From positions 99,696,001 through 99,760,000 of the forward strand of contig NC_043002.1 of assembly GCF_006345805.1 (NCBI RefSeq): 64,000 nt of DNA, given 5' to 3'. Below, piece by piece: positions 12,064-24,597 of the stretch. The notes beneath the pieces are model-generated. The model saw only the letters and a list, made by a program, of their open reading frames with translations. It was not told the DNA's origin and searched no databases. Source of the DNA: Octopus sinensis (Eukaryota). The position numbers were made by a program, and so were the translations under genes. The stretch's first letter is position 1. Every line of letters starts with the position of its first letter.

Positions 12064-12102
12064 ACTAGCTCTATGACCCGGCAACGCCGGGTCATAATGC
12101 TA

Positions 12103-12104
<2 letters not shown>
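12064..12104 (+). mobile_element. Solo Helitron 3' terminus (hairpin plus CTAG)
   Basis: TATGACCCGGC-AAC-GCCGGGTCATA hairpin then ATGCTAG|T; same design as the end at 47608-47636. Confidence 0.7.
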
Positions 12105-12196
<92 letters not shown>

Positions 12197-13339
12197 CTGT
12201 AAGATAAATACATGGCACAAGGAATATAAAAATAGCAGTATTAAGCTGTAGGCCAGATATTTATTATATTAGGCTATGCATACATATATGGACAAACAGA
12301 CAGATAGATAGATACGTGGCACTTAATGCTCATTGTTCCGTGTACCTATCTTAGCTGCGCTTTTATATCATATTTTCTACAGGCATATAGTTAAAACAAT
12401 ATCAAACAACAAATCAGTATTCGAATTTGGTCCTCTTACTCAACAGGTGTCTCCTACCATTATTCCCCATTTACACCCACACGCAAACATAAACATATAT
12501 AAGCTATATGTTCTCTGTCTATCTTTTCTCTCGCCGCTTTGTCTTTCTATTCCCTATTCCTGTTATTCTCTCAACCTCCACCTGCCTATATCTAACTACC
12601 AAGCTCTATCTCTTTTTCTCCAGCTCTCATTATTTTCTACATCGGCAAATCCATATAATCAGCTTCATATGTCTATGCTTGTTTCTTATATATGCAAGTA
12701 TGCTCCTGAATATCTCATCTACGGTATTGAGGCAACCCAATTAATATGAGGTTAGTGAAGTCCACACATGATCTGATAATAAATGCAATTTACTCCACGC
12801 ATGATCAGATAATAAATGTAACAATAGCTAGAAAAGGATAGTTATCGATAGTTTTTATTGCGGAAAATGTGTATATACATAGAGGCGATTTATTATATAT
12901 TTATTTACCTTTCAGTTCGTATGTCACAAACTATCGCCTGTTGTGTAGTTTCTTAATGGTATATAGGTGGGCGAGAGCAGTCGATTGATAGTTAAAAATT
13001 GATGCACCGTTGATGTTGTGATTCCTTATATTCTGATTTCGAATCATATCTATCTCAGTTGTTACTGTAACCATGTTCGATAAAGTAGCAGCAAAGTTAT
13101 TAGAGTCGATTCTTCTAATCATCTTCAGAATATTTGGTTTTGTTTCTCTTTTCAAAATCAATATATAGATAAATATATAGCATGCACAACTGTGTGTGGT
13201 TTAATTAACCATCTTGTTGAACGTTATATATATATTTTCACAAAATATTGGTAAAACAAAAGAAATTAACATGCATGCTGTATAATTTATTTTGACTTCA
13301 AAACACTGGAATCATTGTTTAACCATTAATAAATATATG

Positions 13340-13560
13340 GGGTATTGGATTCTTGATCATAAGATTGTGGTTTCGAATCTTGGACCCGGCGACACGTTGT
13401 GATCTTGAGCATACACTTCATTTCACGTTGCTTGAGTCCACTTAACTGGCAAAAACGGATACTCTTGCGACGGACTGGCATCCCGACTAGATGGAGGATA
13501 TACAATGGAAACCGGGAAACTGGCTTTATTAGTCCATATGACTCGGAAATGAACTTTGCT
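13340..13560 (+). mobile_element. Old tRNA-derived SINE with a V-SINE-like central motif
   Basis: B-box-like GGTTTCGAATCTT, then GCGACGGACTGGCATCCCG...GAAACCGGGAAACTGGC; family assignment from recalled consensus only. Confidence 0.45.
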
Positions 13561-16500
13561 TTTCTTTTCTTTTAAATATACGGGATAATTTTCATGCAAA
13601 TTTAACATTTTCCAAACATTAATCTTATTTGATATCGATGTTTCTATTTCTATATATGTACTTACTACAGGTTGGATTAAAAAAACAAAACAATAGAATT
13701 TCTAAGCTAAAGACAATCGGAGATTGGATTTATAAAATTCTATGGTAATCATAATATATATTCATACAGAGAAATATTCATATAAGAGCTAATTTCATAC
13801 GCTTTTGAGAGTTGTTAGAATTATTTTCTTAATTCATCCCAAATCCGATCTTCTTGGTAATATCTACATTCATCATGCACTCATGAACTGTGCTCATCGA
13901 TATATCGTAATTCCTTAATGCACACTAGAGATATACTAATAAATTATAAAGAACATTAGCATTGCTTCATTGTAACTTCTTGATAACTACAAAATCAAAG
14001 TCAGTAAGCGTGTGCTAATCACGAACATAGCGCAGTAACTCCTTCAAATCCTAAACCTGTACCCAGTAGTAATTCTTATAAACACAACCGCAGCATCGAT
14101 TTTCGTTTGTACATCTTAGAATATTTTAATGACAGTTGTATAATAATTTCAGATATTTTAGACCGCTAAGATTCTTATATCTTGTCTATAGATAAAGTCC
14201 CACAAGCATGTAATTACGTTATATGGAAATAGTTAATTTATTGTATATCAATTATTTTCTTTCCTTATACCTCGTAATACAACATAATTAAACTGATGGA
14301 GTTACTTCTTTACACGGAGTACTAATATCACTGAAAGTCACCATTTCCTTTTAAAAGCCTTGATTCAGTATTTTCAAGTAATCATTTAAACTAGCCCCTT
14401 TTATGTCTACTTTTCCTACAGAATGCGTATATTTTCCATTCACTTCAGATTATATCAATTTAGATATTAACGTAAATCAATACGTTTTTAAACATTTCCC
14501 TTTGAAGCGAAATCAAGCGATAATTGGCTAAAATTTTCATGGTTCACTTTCTGTAACATTTGTACTGAACATTATCGATTATAGAATTTCCGCTTTAATA
14601 GAAATGTTTTTGTTATTACATATAACGAAATATCGCATGTTGCCATTTACAAACCAGTCACGGAGTAGAATCATAAAGTAGATTTATGGCTACAAAACGA
14701 AATTTATTTTATTTTATTCCTATTTAGATAACATTCACTCGACAGTTATCTCACGTAATGACATTCTCTGATTAATGAATATTATAAGAGAAATTGAATC
14801 TGTTGTTAATTCATTAAAGGGGTTAGCGCCTGGAGCAACGTAGAAATCTGTCGGCAGTTGTTTATGCTCGCCTATTAACGATGTATAAATTTCAAACTTA
14901 CGTGAAAAATTCAAATCATCTTAGCTTATTATCAAAACTCAAAATTATAAAATCAATCAAGGTTGCATTAAAAAAATCTTCGAAAAGGAAAATAAAAAAT
15001 CACAGTGCCTGGAGCAGGAACAAACTCCATCTCCAAAATCTGTTTTTGAAAAAGAGAGCAATGGATAATCTACAAATAAACGTTAGTGCTGGGATATAAT
15101 AATATCTTCACGTATTTACAGTTCTTTCATTCTACATGTTCTACAACTATTCCTGTGGTTATAATTTCGTTCTTTACATGAGAACGTTTAAGTTGGAGAC
15201 TATGACATATATTTACGTTATATGATAGCTGTTTGAAATTTAATCACTTGGCATCAGTTCTAAATTTAGTATTTTTTATGTTTCTTATATTTTTATTTTA
15301 TACAATTTCAGTCTCTTACGTTTTGTCTTTGAAAATCCAGCACTGAATTTGTGCCGTACAGGATTACGCTTATCATTTTTGTTCTATAATGTTTTGCATT
15401 TCCTGACAATGGTGACTTCATACATTAGCCTGAATCTGTAAATATCGAGTTGTTTGGTGGATTCATGTATGAATTTAGTATACCACTACCAGGTATTTTC
15501 CTTTCATTCCAAAGGATGAAAGCAAAAGCCAACATATTAAATGTACACAACCATACAACGTTCGACTATTTCTGCCATTTCAATTTATTTCTTAGTAATA
15601 AATGGGTATATTTTACTGTAATGCAAACTAATGTATAACACTCAGATTATATAGTATAAAAGTTAGATACAAAAGAATAAATAAAAAAACACACATATGT
15701 ATAAGTAACAAACCATGACGTGATCGTCAAGCTCGCAAGAAATATAAGACAAATAACTATCAAATAACTATCAAACCGCACATTACAATTTTATAAAAAG
15801 ACTTCCAAGAATGCATCAGATACATAAAGCCCTAAAAAACGTCCAGTTACTATTGGCTGGAATGATTTTGATCTTAGATCTTCTTAGCCAGGAATGATAT
15901 GGGACTAAATAACAATAAAGAATTGAAGAGGACGGAAATACTAGAATAAGGAATTGTGAGCGTGTATATTTAATCTCGTTGGCATTCTTATTGTTCGCTT
16001 TCATGCCAAGACGATTGCATTGTTTCTTATTCTCAATTTCACTACACGCTCCTGCGCACATGATGACTTTATACACGTAACAACTTAACGTTTTGCATAC
16101 CGTCATTCAAGACACATTATACCATATTTACTCTTGTTCCAAGAACATATATCCCCAAAACATTGACTGCTTATAAAGCAGTTGTTTATTGATTCTTATA
16201 CATAGGATATTAAATAATAATCTGAAAATATATACTGATTAAAGACTATTTATAGAAAACTTATAATCAAAACCGCTTTCACTTTTCATGTGTTACTATT
16301 GTATTATATTCTAGAACAATGCTCCACACTAATTAACGAAAGATTGGCTTGATTATTTATTAAAAAAATTGCGCAAATGAAAAAATTATTGTTTGATTTT
16401 TGAGAATGTTTCTGTGAAATGATATTGACCTATTTGGTGTAAAACTATTACATTCTTATAGAAATCAGCTTTAAGAAATTACCAACTTATTGATTTAAAA

Positions 16501-16634
16501 ATAATATATATATATATATATAAAGATAAATGCATGAAGCCCATTATTTATGCATGTGAATATTTGCATATGCATACCTACATACACACACACACTCAGG
16601 CACAGATACACATATTTATTCTTTTATTCTTTTA

Positions 16635-16972
16635 TTCTTTTATTTGTTTGTCATTTGACTGAGGCGTTTAGTTGAGCAAATCGACCCCCAGGACTTCTTC
16701 TTTACAAGCCTAGTATTTGTTCTATCGGGTTCTTTTGCCGGACCACTAAGTAACGAGGACGTAAACATACCAGCATCGGTTGTCAGGCGATGTTGGGGCG
16801 GGGGAACAAACACAGATACACGACATATACATTTTTTTCAGATTTTGTCTATAAAAAACACTCACAAGGCTTTGGTCGAAGACAGTTGCCCAATGTGCCA
16901 CGCAGTGGAACTGAACCCGGAACCATGTGGTTGGTAAGCAAGCTACTTAACACACAGCCACTCCTGCGCTTA
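16635..16972 (-). mobile_element. SINE family A with internal deletions
   Basis: Family-A tail and head both recognisable on the minus strand. Confidence 0.85.
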
Positions 16973-17028
16973 TAGCCATTCTTGCGCATATTCTTTGTAT
17001 ATTTATATATATATATATATTATATATA

Positions 17029-17067
<39 letters not shown>

Positions 17068-17624
17068 AGAGATAGATAGGTGTGCTTTTATGCATATTAT
17101 ATGTGAGTATTTGTATACATTTATATGGAGTGGTGTATGCATCTAGAAATTACATTGAATCCATATATTAAATGAAAACCAGACTGCATACATAATGACA
17201 ACGATATATACACATGCATATAGACATACATAAGCACAGAAGTACACCTATACACACTCGTACGCTACACCTACACACCCGGCAGCCATGCAGTTAAAAT
17301 ATATCAGTTTCATTTATATAAAAAAAAAACTTTGTAGGCACATTACACATTTTCTAAGGAAAAAGTTTACCAAACATGAAATATTTACCTTCACAATGCT
17401 GACAACTACTTGAGCTAATGAAACCACAAAACATTTTGATTGTGTTTATAGCGAGAAACGCCTTCACACCAAAAGCTCTTGGCTATTTTATTTACTAACT
17501 TGACTACCTACGATAAGAAAGTATCATTTCTCCAAATATGTCTAGCCACTGTTTGATGAAGTATGAACATAATTTATATCTGAATAATATGGCTTTATCA
17601 ATGTATTGTCACATGCATTTTCAT

Positions 17625-17785
17625 CTCGCCCGTCTTCACGTACTGAGTTCAAATCCCGCCGAGGTCGCCTTTGCCGTTCATCCTATCGAGATCGATAAAT
17701 TAAATGCCAGTCCAGTTCTAGGGTCGATGTAATTGACTAACGACTTCACCACAAGTTTCAAATCTCGTGCCTATAAAAAGATAGA
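17625..17785 (+). mobile_element. SINE family C fragment
   Basis: CTGAGTTCAAATCCCGCCGAGGTCGCCTTTGCCGTTCATCCTATCGAGATCGATAAA core shared with the other family-C copies. Confidence 0.75.
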
Positions 17786-17789
17786 TTAT

Positions 17790-18272
17790 TATTGTTATCA
17801 TTAACTGAGAGACCAATGAATGCCGTCAAAGTAGCACTAAGGTGCAAATATACGGAGCCCAATATAACCATCATGACTACCCGTCTGATAAGGGTACGTC
17901 AGGTACATGCATCGCAATCATATGCGTGCGACATGGTGATCTCATATCAAGATCAACAACGCATGACCTCGTTGGTAGAGCCCAGTTAGAATTTGCTTCA
18001 GATCAAGTAGCCCATCCCTCACTAAAGGTCCTTGAATGTTTAAGGATGTTGAACGGAACACCCATGTTTCAAGGGGTAAATAGTTCAAACCCCAAAGAAT
18101 TTCTCTCAACACATGGCTATAATGCTCCTCCACTACTTCTGTTCCTGATCAGAGACGTACATATTGTCAGCCAGTAAGGGATATGCTCAAGTGGTTATGG
18201 TCAAGCAAATGGCAAGCAAATGTTTGGTTTTGAGCATGTACATGAGAACCACTACGTGTTAGTAAATCACGG
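17790..18272 (-). other. Unclassified GC-richer segment bounded by (AAT)/(ATC) tracts, probable non-autonomous retroelement
   Basis: Composition contrast; minus strand ends in an AATAATAAT tail like the adjacent R4-type fragment; no motif recognised. Confidence 0.3.
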
Positions 18273-18273
18273 C

Positions 18274-18733
18274 ATTATTATTATCATCATCATCATCATT
18301 CCTTCGTACTAAAGTCCAGGTAAAAAGGCACCGGAGTCTTTAGTCATCTGTAAGTCTCAGCAAGGACCTCAGACAGATAATACTTTCCTTAAGAAGTGCG
18401 CTGTGACCAATAAGACTGTTCTTTAGAAGACATCAATATTGCATGGGATTTCCAGTTGCCTTAAGGAGATTTGAAATTCCAATTATATTGAACCCAACGC
18501 TCCGATCACCACTGGTATCATTCTTACTTTCCCCTCTCGTATTCCATACAGTCTTGCCATTTCCACTTTCAATTTGGAGTACTTGGTGAAATTTTCAACC
18601 TCTTTACTCACAACAGTCACGTCATTTGGTATAGCTACGTCAATGATCTGACAGTATTTGTCTCTCTTATTCAATATGACAATAGCCGGCCGCCGGTGTT
18701 CGATTACACGATCCATCTCGAAATCATAGTCCC
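18274..18733 (-). mobile_element. 3' fragment of an R4/Dong-type non-LTR retrotransposon (restriction-like endonuclease domain)
   Basis: DYDFEMDRVIEHRRPAIVILNKRDKYCQIIDVAIPND..KE.E..TKY..L..E...IPVVIGALG fits the RPD-x12-D RLE motif with D>A; (TGA)n(TAA)n tail. Confidence 0.8.
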
Positions 18734-19169
18734 TATTATTGTTGTTGTTGTTGTTATTGTTGTTATTATTATTATTATCATTATCGTCATCATCATCATC
18801 ATGTAGTTGTTTTATTATGATTGCTTGCTTTCACTGCATTACGCAGTACAACTCTCTGTTTCTTGAGAATGTACATTGGGTATTGTTATTTTTACTGTAT
18901 TAAACCTACTCTACACAATGTGTGCGGTGTCTAGCAGCGTGTTTTATTGTATATTTCAAGTATTCACAAGTCTAGGTTGTTTGGTTATTGCGTATTTTTT
19001 TATTGTTCCCAAAGCATCCATTACTATTGGGATTGTTTCTGTTTCCAGTCCCCACATTCGGGATATTTTTATTTCCAAATCTTTGTTTCTCGATAGCATT
19101 TTCCATTTCTTTTATAGATATACTGCGATCTGTTGGGACTGATATCTTCTATTTTTTTTTATTTAATCT

Positions 19170-19575
19170 TTCTAATAGTTTCAGTTATTAGACTGTAACC
19201 ATGCCGAGGCACCGCCTTGGAGAGATTTTTGACGCATGTATGGAGCGCAGTATTTATTTTTAAAGTCTAGTACTTATCCTATCGGACTCTCTGGCCGAAC
19301 CGCTATTGTTAAGTGGACGTCAGCACACCAGCACCGATTGTCAAGAGGTGATATGGACAGGCGCACAGACTCAAACTCATGCACACACACACACACACCC
19401 ACACACACACACACACAAACACGACGGACTTCTTTTAGTCTCCGTCTACCAAATCCAATTACAAGAATTTGGTCGACTCGGGGCTATAGTAGAAGACGCT
19501 CACCCAAAATGTCACGAGTAGGACTGAATACGGAACCATGTGGCTGGAAACCAAGTTTCGTATCACAAAGCTACA
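19170..19575 (-). mobile_element. Diverged SINE family A-type copy
   Basis: Tail GGCGGTGCCTCGGCATGGTTACAGTCTAATAACTGAAAC; (CA)n linker; degraded head. Confidence 0.75.
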
Positions 19576-19799
19576 TGTTGGTTAAGAGTTAACGGTTTCG
19601 GGGTAGTTGTGAACACACGAGTGTTAGCAGACGGGCACAACTAGCCCGAAACCATTCGGTCTAGTGATCTAGTGGTCTGCTAGAAGATGGTAGGGGTTCG
19701 CTACCCTGATTGCAATATATACAGGGTGCAGGTTGTACAGCTAGCCATCTGGCAGAGGTTCTGCTTGGGTTAAAGCGGTTGTAACGTGGAGCAACGCTT

Positions 19800-19992
19800 T
19801 TGATGTGGCGATAAAAAGTACTTAGCATGGTTTCTATCTGAGATACCAGATGAACCAGCATCGTGGCAGGAGAGACAAAGAAGAGCAGCTCCGTCCAACT
19901 CGCTTCTTCATCAAAAGCAATACCGAAACAACACCGAGTAACTACAGGTGGTGCACCAGTATGACCTCAGCCCTGGGCTGAAACCAGTAAAA
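19800..19992 (+). mobile_element. 3' end of a CR1-type LINE related to the copy at 31.0-32.4 kb
   Basis: FLSEIPDEPASWQERQRRAAPSNSLLHQ versus FLSGIPDEPTSRQEVHMRAAASNSLMHQ at ~32.23-32.32 kb; tail GGTGGTGCACCAGTATGACCTCAGCCCTGGGCTGAAAC. Confidence 0.8.
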
Positions 19993-20027
19993 CATAATAT
20001 TAACATATAGAGAGAGATATAGATATC

Positions 20028-20073
<46 letters not shown>

Positions 20074-20569
20074 CAGGTATAGACATATAGTTAGACAGGT
20101 ATAGATATATAGATAGACAGATATCGATATACATGCATAAATATATATATATATATATATACATACCCCCCACACGCACGCACACACACACAAACACATA
20201 TATATATATATATAAATGTACGCATGCGCATACATGTATACATACATGCATATGAGTACAAACACGTGGCATATTTCAAATAATGAAATGACAGACAAGC
20301 GATAACAAAGAGGGCCGTTGAATTCCCTATTTAAATTTGCAGATTATGCAAATGTAAATATCGTGCAAATATCTCTCCCTGCATTTGATATTTCTTCAAC
20401 AGTTCTACATATTCCTCTGTTTGAGAAGCTGAAAGCGAGTAGATTTTGTTAATATTTATATCACTGCAAAGGACTCGTCATTTTATTGACATTGCCTTCT
20501 TGAACTTGCATAGAAACTGACCGAAGAATTACCGGATTTATTGGACGTTGTGTAGAGATATAAACACTG

Positions 20570-20735
20570 CGCTGATGAAGACGACGACGACGACGATGAT
20601 GATAATAATGGTAATGATTACGATGCCGATGACGACAACGCCTACGACGCCTATGACGACAACTCCTACGACGCCTATGACGCCTACGACGACGACGACT
20701 ATAATGATAACGATGATGATGATGGTGATGACGTA
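20570..20735. repeat. CpG-rich (ACG/ATG)n trinucleotide tract with a short higher-order unit
   Basis: ACGACGCCTATGACG(ACAACTCCT) repeated; directly visible. Confidence 0.85.
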
Positions 20736-21062
20736 GCTATTGTACTTACAGTATTTACTTGTGAAAAGTGAATATTTTACAGCAAACATAGCAACAGTAA
20801 TCTATAGTCTGTAATTGACATTTCGTTGTTTATGTTATCTAGGAAAAAGACAGCTGCTTCATGTGAATAGTGCTCATAATCATTATGAACTCTATGCGTG
20901 GCGCATTGGCAACGTCATGAAACTATGAATATATTGCTCTGTAAAATTCGTTCCCAACTTCTTGAGATCGAATCACGTTGAAGTTAGGTTTTTTTTTCAA
21001 TACATTTTGGTCTCTCTAAATAAAGTACCAGCCAGATAGTGGTCTCGGTTCCTTGTGAATTT

Positions 21063-21231
21063 CTATCTGGATTGTAATCGAGATTCATAAATTTCAGCTT
21101 GGCGAATATTGAGTCGAGCTGATTTTATCGACGTTTCGCGATAAGGATAATATTGTTCGAAGAAATGAATGTTCTCGTCAAGAATGACGTCGGTTCCAAC
21201 GTTAGCAACGCTGTCAACAAGAATACCAAGT
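21063..21231 (-). CDS. Candidate terminal exon (LGILVDSVANVGTDVILDENIHFFEQYYPYRETSIKSARLNIRQAEIYESRLQSR*), product unknown
   Basis: TTCTATTTCAATGCTAG| acceptor, open frame, non-repetitive CpG-rich sequence; protein not recognised. Confidence 0.2.
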
Positions 21232-21639
21232 CTAGCATTGAAATAGAAACCCAAGCGACTCGGTTTCAATTCCCATCATAAGAACTTAATATGAAGAAAT
21301 TAGCTCATCTCAGTAACGGCTCCCACACTGCAAAATAAAGCCCCTAAATATATATTCCGCATCATATCCTACTCTTTTATATAAGGGGATCACATAAAAT
21401 AATGTAATATTCATCCATTTATCATCAATTTTGCCGTAACCAAGATTTGTTTCACCACGTCATGCCATGCCATTTTGCATACGCGCTATCCGTCCCCTAC
21501 TAGCTTCCGTAGCTCATCTGTTTCCTGTTGTGTGTTCTTGCCTATCACATCAATATTGTTGAGTGATCTGCGGAATATAGTTTTAAATTTCCGTAGCCAG
21601 ACAGTATAGTCACAGCTGGACAGCCTCCGATGTCATCTT

Positions 21640-21830
21640 TGTTCCACGGAGACAGAATGGGTGTCATACAGCAACAAGAAGACAGTAAGCTGCAATAAGG
21701 GGAATGATGGATCAGTTAGACCACGTATATTCTCAAATATAGGAAGCTACTTGACAACGAGCAGTAGATATACATGTCCATATCTAAGAGTAGAATAAAG
21801 TAAGTTGAAGCATATTGGTTAAACATTCGA
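21640..21830 (+). mobile_element. Highly degraded RTE-like RT fragment
   Basis: Broken QLDHV..NIGSYLTT...RI resembles the post-RT FKYLGS...EI..RI region. Confidence 0.25.
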
Positions 21831-22719
21831 TACAAACACCCGAACTCAATTTGCTAAATACAGAAATCACTTCATAAGGAGGTTAATGAGTAATTTGTAC
21901 GTATCGATTAACCTTGAACTATGTAGATCAGCCAGCAAAGCACCCTAAATTTCCTATGTGAAGAAGAATACGATCCTTTGGCTAAATGTTAAAATTATAT
22001 TGTATGTGTGTTTGTTCCCTATTTTGGCATGAACATTTCATATCATCAACTAAATACAATGAAGAGAGAGGGAGAGGATCATGAGATAACATTGAAATCT
22101 AGGTACTCAGAAGCCGCAATCTGATCTCGATTTCCTGTTGAAGTCATTTAAATTTATTTACATTCCTAATAGAACGAACATCAGTCAATTACATTTACCA
22201 TATTGTATTAGTCTGAAGCCTTGGGCTTTATAAATAAATCAATAAAGTGAATTGACTTTAGATTCGGTAAATATAATATACTAATTATTTTCATCCGATA
22301 ATTCATATTTAATTCAATATATCTTATCTAACAAAGATTCTCTCATTAATTGCAGCTAAATAACAAAAACGAATGATAATCGTTTAATTCTACGATGCAG
22401 ATTGTTGTATCAACATACCGAAAATGAGCAGAGACTGCAAAGGGACCGTTTAAAACCCAACTGTATATACGATCCTTTTAAGCAGTTTGTAATCTGTTGC
22501 CTCTCGTGAATAAACGCCGTAAATAATTGCTTTACTGACGTTTGAAGTATCAAAAGGATTTATTTTAATGAGATCGTTACACAGGTTATGGATTAATTAA
22601 TTTTGCATCTTTTGAAATTATATACTTGCTAGCTTGCTTGTATTAAGAAGTGACAAATAAGTGAGAAGAATCTCATAGAAGAGATGTGTACTTTTCAGAA
22701 ATACGAATGTTCTATAAGA

Positions 22720-22817
<98 letters not shown>

Positions 22818-22824
22818 ATATATA

Positions 22825-23106
22825 TCACCGTGACCGACCAGATGTTGCTACACATCGATGGTCACAATGCGCTTCGCATTGTTTTAGCCTTCAAATGACG
22901 CCACCCCGCTGGCTAGGCGAGCAGGCCAACAGAAGAAAGAGTGAGAGAAAGTTGTAGTGAAAGAGTACAGCAAGGGCCACCACCACCCCCTGCCGGTGCG
23001 TCGTGGAGCTTTAGGTGAGCTTAGGCTCAATAAACACTCGCAACACCCGGTCTGGGAAACGAAACCGCGAGTCCGCTGCCCTAACCACTGGGCCATTGCG
23101 CTTCCA
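22825..23106 (-). mobile_element. SINE family B, tail type 2, between (TA)n and (CA)n
   Basis: Homologous to 437-712 over head and tail. Confidence 0.9.
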
Positions 23107-23646
23107 CACACACACACATATATATATACTCATTCATTCATGTTAGTTTTCACATGAAGCTGTATGTGAACTGATTTGGATATTAATTGAAAGTTCACTT
23201 AGTTCTTTTTAATAGAACAGATACCTAATGATTTTTATGAAGTTGTGAATTCGGATTTTCGGCTTACTAGCAACTTCATTCATTATACCTGCTAGAATTA
23301 CCAAACAAATCTCCTCAAAACATCACATCCGATCTCCTTAAAGGAGGACAATGTGTATAAAGCACAATAATCACGGACTCCTCGTAAAGGCGTGATAGTC
23401 AGAGGGTAAATTACTGTGGACTAAAAGGAGCATCAAAAAAATCTCATCTTTAAACAATGAATAGGATTACTGAATTAATTTTAGGTAACCTACAATATAA
23501 AGTTTGGGGAAAATTAAATGCCAGAGGCGAAATTCAAATGCATATGAAGCTTCAGGGAGATATTTGCACTGAGAAGAGTAATGGATTTTTCATTATACAT
23601 ATTTGTTCATGTATAACTCATTATGTATTCCTTATATACTAAATTG

Positions 23647-24021
23647 TGGAGGCGGTTAGGGCAGCGGACTCGCGGTCGTAGGATCGCAGTTTCGATTCCC
23701 AGACCGGGCGTTGTGAGTGTTTATTGAGCGAAAACACCTAAAGCGCCCCGAGGCTCCGGCAGGGGATGGTGGTGATCCCTGCTGTACTCTTTCACCACAA
23801 CTTTCTCTCACTCTTACTTCTTGTTTCTGTTGTACCTGTATTTCAAAGGGCCGGCCTTGTCACTCTCTGTGTCACGCTGAATATCCCCGAGAATTACGTT
23901 AAGGGTACACGTGTCTGTGGAGTGCTCAGCCACTTACACGTTAATTTCACGAGCAGGCTGTTCCGTTGATTCGGATCAACCGGAACCCTCGTCGTCGTAA
24001 CCGACGGAGTGCTTCCATCCC
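23647..24021 (+). mobile_element. SINE family B, tail type 1
   Basis: Homologous to 4229-4599; ATATACTAA present on both flanks as probable TSD. Confidence 0.9.
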
Positions 24022-24094
24022 ATATACTAATTATGTTATAATTAAAGAGATTATAAATAATTGCGCTTAAACTGGGAGGAACAGCTGTAAAATG

Positions 24095-24305
24095 TAATTC
24101 TCCTTACAACAGATAAAAGGCCTGAAACATTGCGGGAGGAAACAGGTAGATAACATGGACCCCAGCATGAAACTTCTACTTATTTCCCCCACCCCGAAAG
24201 GATGAATGACAAAGTCAAACCTCTGCGGAATTTGAACTCAGAATTCAAAACCGGATGAATTGCCGCTAAGCATTTTTCTGGTGTACTAACCATTCTGCCG
24301 GCTCA
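24095..24305 (-). mobile_element. SINE family C
   Basis: CCCCGAAAGGATGAATGACAAAGTC..CCTCTGCGGAATTTGAACTCAGAA core. Confidence 0.75.
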
Positions 24306-24597
24306 TATGAAATTTTGAAATATAAGAGAAATTTTTGCTTTACATTCTTTTAAATATTTTGCTTTGAATATCCATTTTTATCTATTCTCTCTACACCCTC
24401 TTACACGCCTACATTCCTCTTCTGTCGACGTCAGTTGATCTTAGCCAAACACAAAATGGAAAGAAACAACAAACTTGAAGATAATATGCACTAAGACGTG
24501 GTATTAAAAGCGAAATTTATTTTATTTGTTATAAATAAAATAGTTATTGTCTTTATATGTAGCACATTTGTACGTTTGTCTTAATATATGAAATGAC

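Noticed and set aside
12910-13161. 76-aa minus-strand ORF with TAG shortly before a donor
   Set aside because: No convincing acceptor and no recognisable motif; length is within chance for this window.
15314-15436. Minus-strand segment bounded by TTTACAG| and |GTAAGA
   Set aside because: Stops in all three frames; could only be non-coding.
24060-24095. GGAACAGCTGTA resembling the edge hammerhead half-motif
   Set aside because: GAAA is not intact and there is no upstream CUGANGA.
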